This document shows positions 63,041 through 64,000 of a stretch of DNA of 64,000 bases, piece after piece; within the stretch, counting starts at the first letter, position 1; every line of letters begins with the position of its first letter. The notes under the pieces are model-generated. The model was not told the DNA's origin. It did no database searches and worked only from the letters and a program-made list of their open reading frames with translations. The DNA comes from the human T2T-CHM13v2.0 reference genome, Homo sapiens. The DNA lies in assembly GCF_009914755.1 (NCBI RefSeq), contig NC_060928.1. One strand, given 5' to 3'. Position numbers and translations under genes: made by a program.

Positions 63041-63692
63041 GTTGGTGAACTACCCATTTACCCATCTTTTTCCTGAGGGCTTTTCTCCTTTCATGGATGT
63101 GGCGGTACAAGAAGAAAGCCACTTTCTTAAATGCGAAGAGATAGGTTACTGGTTGAACTACCAATAACAGTGGGAAATTGAGGGAAAAACTTTGAAGAAA
63201 GAGAGACCAAGAGAGTTGAAAAAGCATACATATATTTAAAAAGATGGTTAAAGGCATAAAATAACTAATGATATAGTGCAGATTTATGGTTCTATGATCC
63301 AGGAGAGGAAGGAAATTAAAAGAGGTAAACGTAAGTTTAGCCTTTAGGATCATACATCCTTTAAGGCATCTATCTATTTTGGAAAAAGTTGCCAACAGGC
63401 TGCACAGCTGAGCAGAGTGTGAGAGTAGGGGTAAAAACCTGAGTGTAGAAACTGCCAAAGGGTGGAACATCGTAAAGCCGCCATGGACCCAAAGTGCTAC
63501 ATTCAGGAGCAAGTGTGAATCAGAAAAATCTATGGCCTGACAAGGAATCATATTTCAGTCTCTTAATTTCTGAATTATGATTGATGTGATGCATGATTGC
63601 AGACTTTGTTCTAGATTCCTGAAAAAATATAAATCCCTTCTGAAGGAAGATGGTATTACTTCAGGCTTCAAATTATTTCTATAATTTGTTAA

Positions 63693-63935
63693 ATCACGAG
63701 GTCAGAAGATCGAGACCATCCTGGATAACACGTGAAACCCCCGTCTCTACTAAAAAACACAAAAAATTAGCCGGGCATGGTGGCGGGCCCCTGTAGTCCC
63801 AGCTACTCGCAAGGCTGAGGCAGGAGAATGGCGTGAACCCGGGAGGCGGAGCTTTCAGTGAGCGGAGATGGCGCCACTGCACTCCAGCCTGGGCGACAGA
63901 GCGAGACTGTCTCAAAAAAAAAAAAAAGAAAAAAA
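63693..63935 (+). mobile_element. 5'-truncated AluY
   Basis: gatcgagaccatcctgg, ggagaatggcgtgaacccgggaggcggagct; CpGs retained; poly(A). Confidence 0.95.
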
Positions 63936-64000
63936 TTCCTCTCTGCCACTTCCTAGTTAATGTTACTGTCTCCCCACCCCAGGCAACCATAGATTTGGTT

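Noticed and set aside
63033-63551. 172-aa hydrophobic ORF
   Set aside because: Antisense to a purine-rich old L1-like region; no recognisable domain.

Overview
AT-rich primate (probably human) non-coding DNA. There is no intact protein-coding gene, RNA gene or CRISPR array, and nearly all listed ORFs are L1, Alu, LTR or microsatellite artefacts. The main recognisable feature is an old, intronless, minus-strand processed pseudogene of CUL4A (~7374-11603). It is split by an MSTA (ERVL-MaLR) provirus and an AluSp. The rest is L1PA (two with twin-priming inversions), old L1M/L2/MIR, about 11 Alus, ERV1/ERVL/MaLR LTRs and STRs. The most unusual signals are several local sequence-copying scars: two inverted L1PA copies 16 kb apart sharing non-consensus variants and a 221-bp identical tract; a 92-bp local sequence copied into an Alu; a ~250-bp inverted local copy inside an LTR; a fold-back L1 hairpin; an Alu micro-inversion; and a hairpin-containing 36-bp tandem repeat. 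Repeat subfamily names are from memory of consensus sequences and need RepeatMasker/Dfam confirmation.
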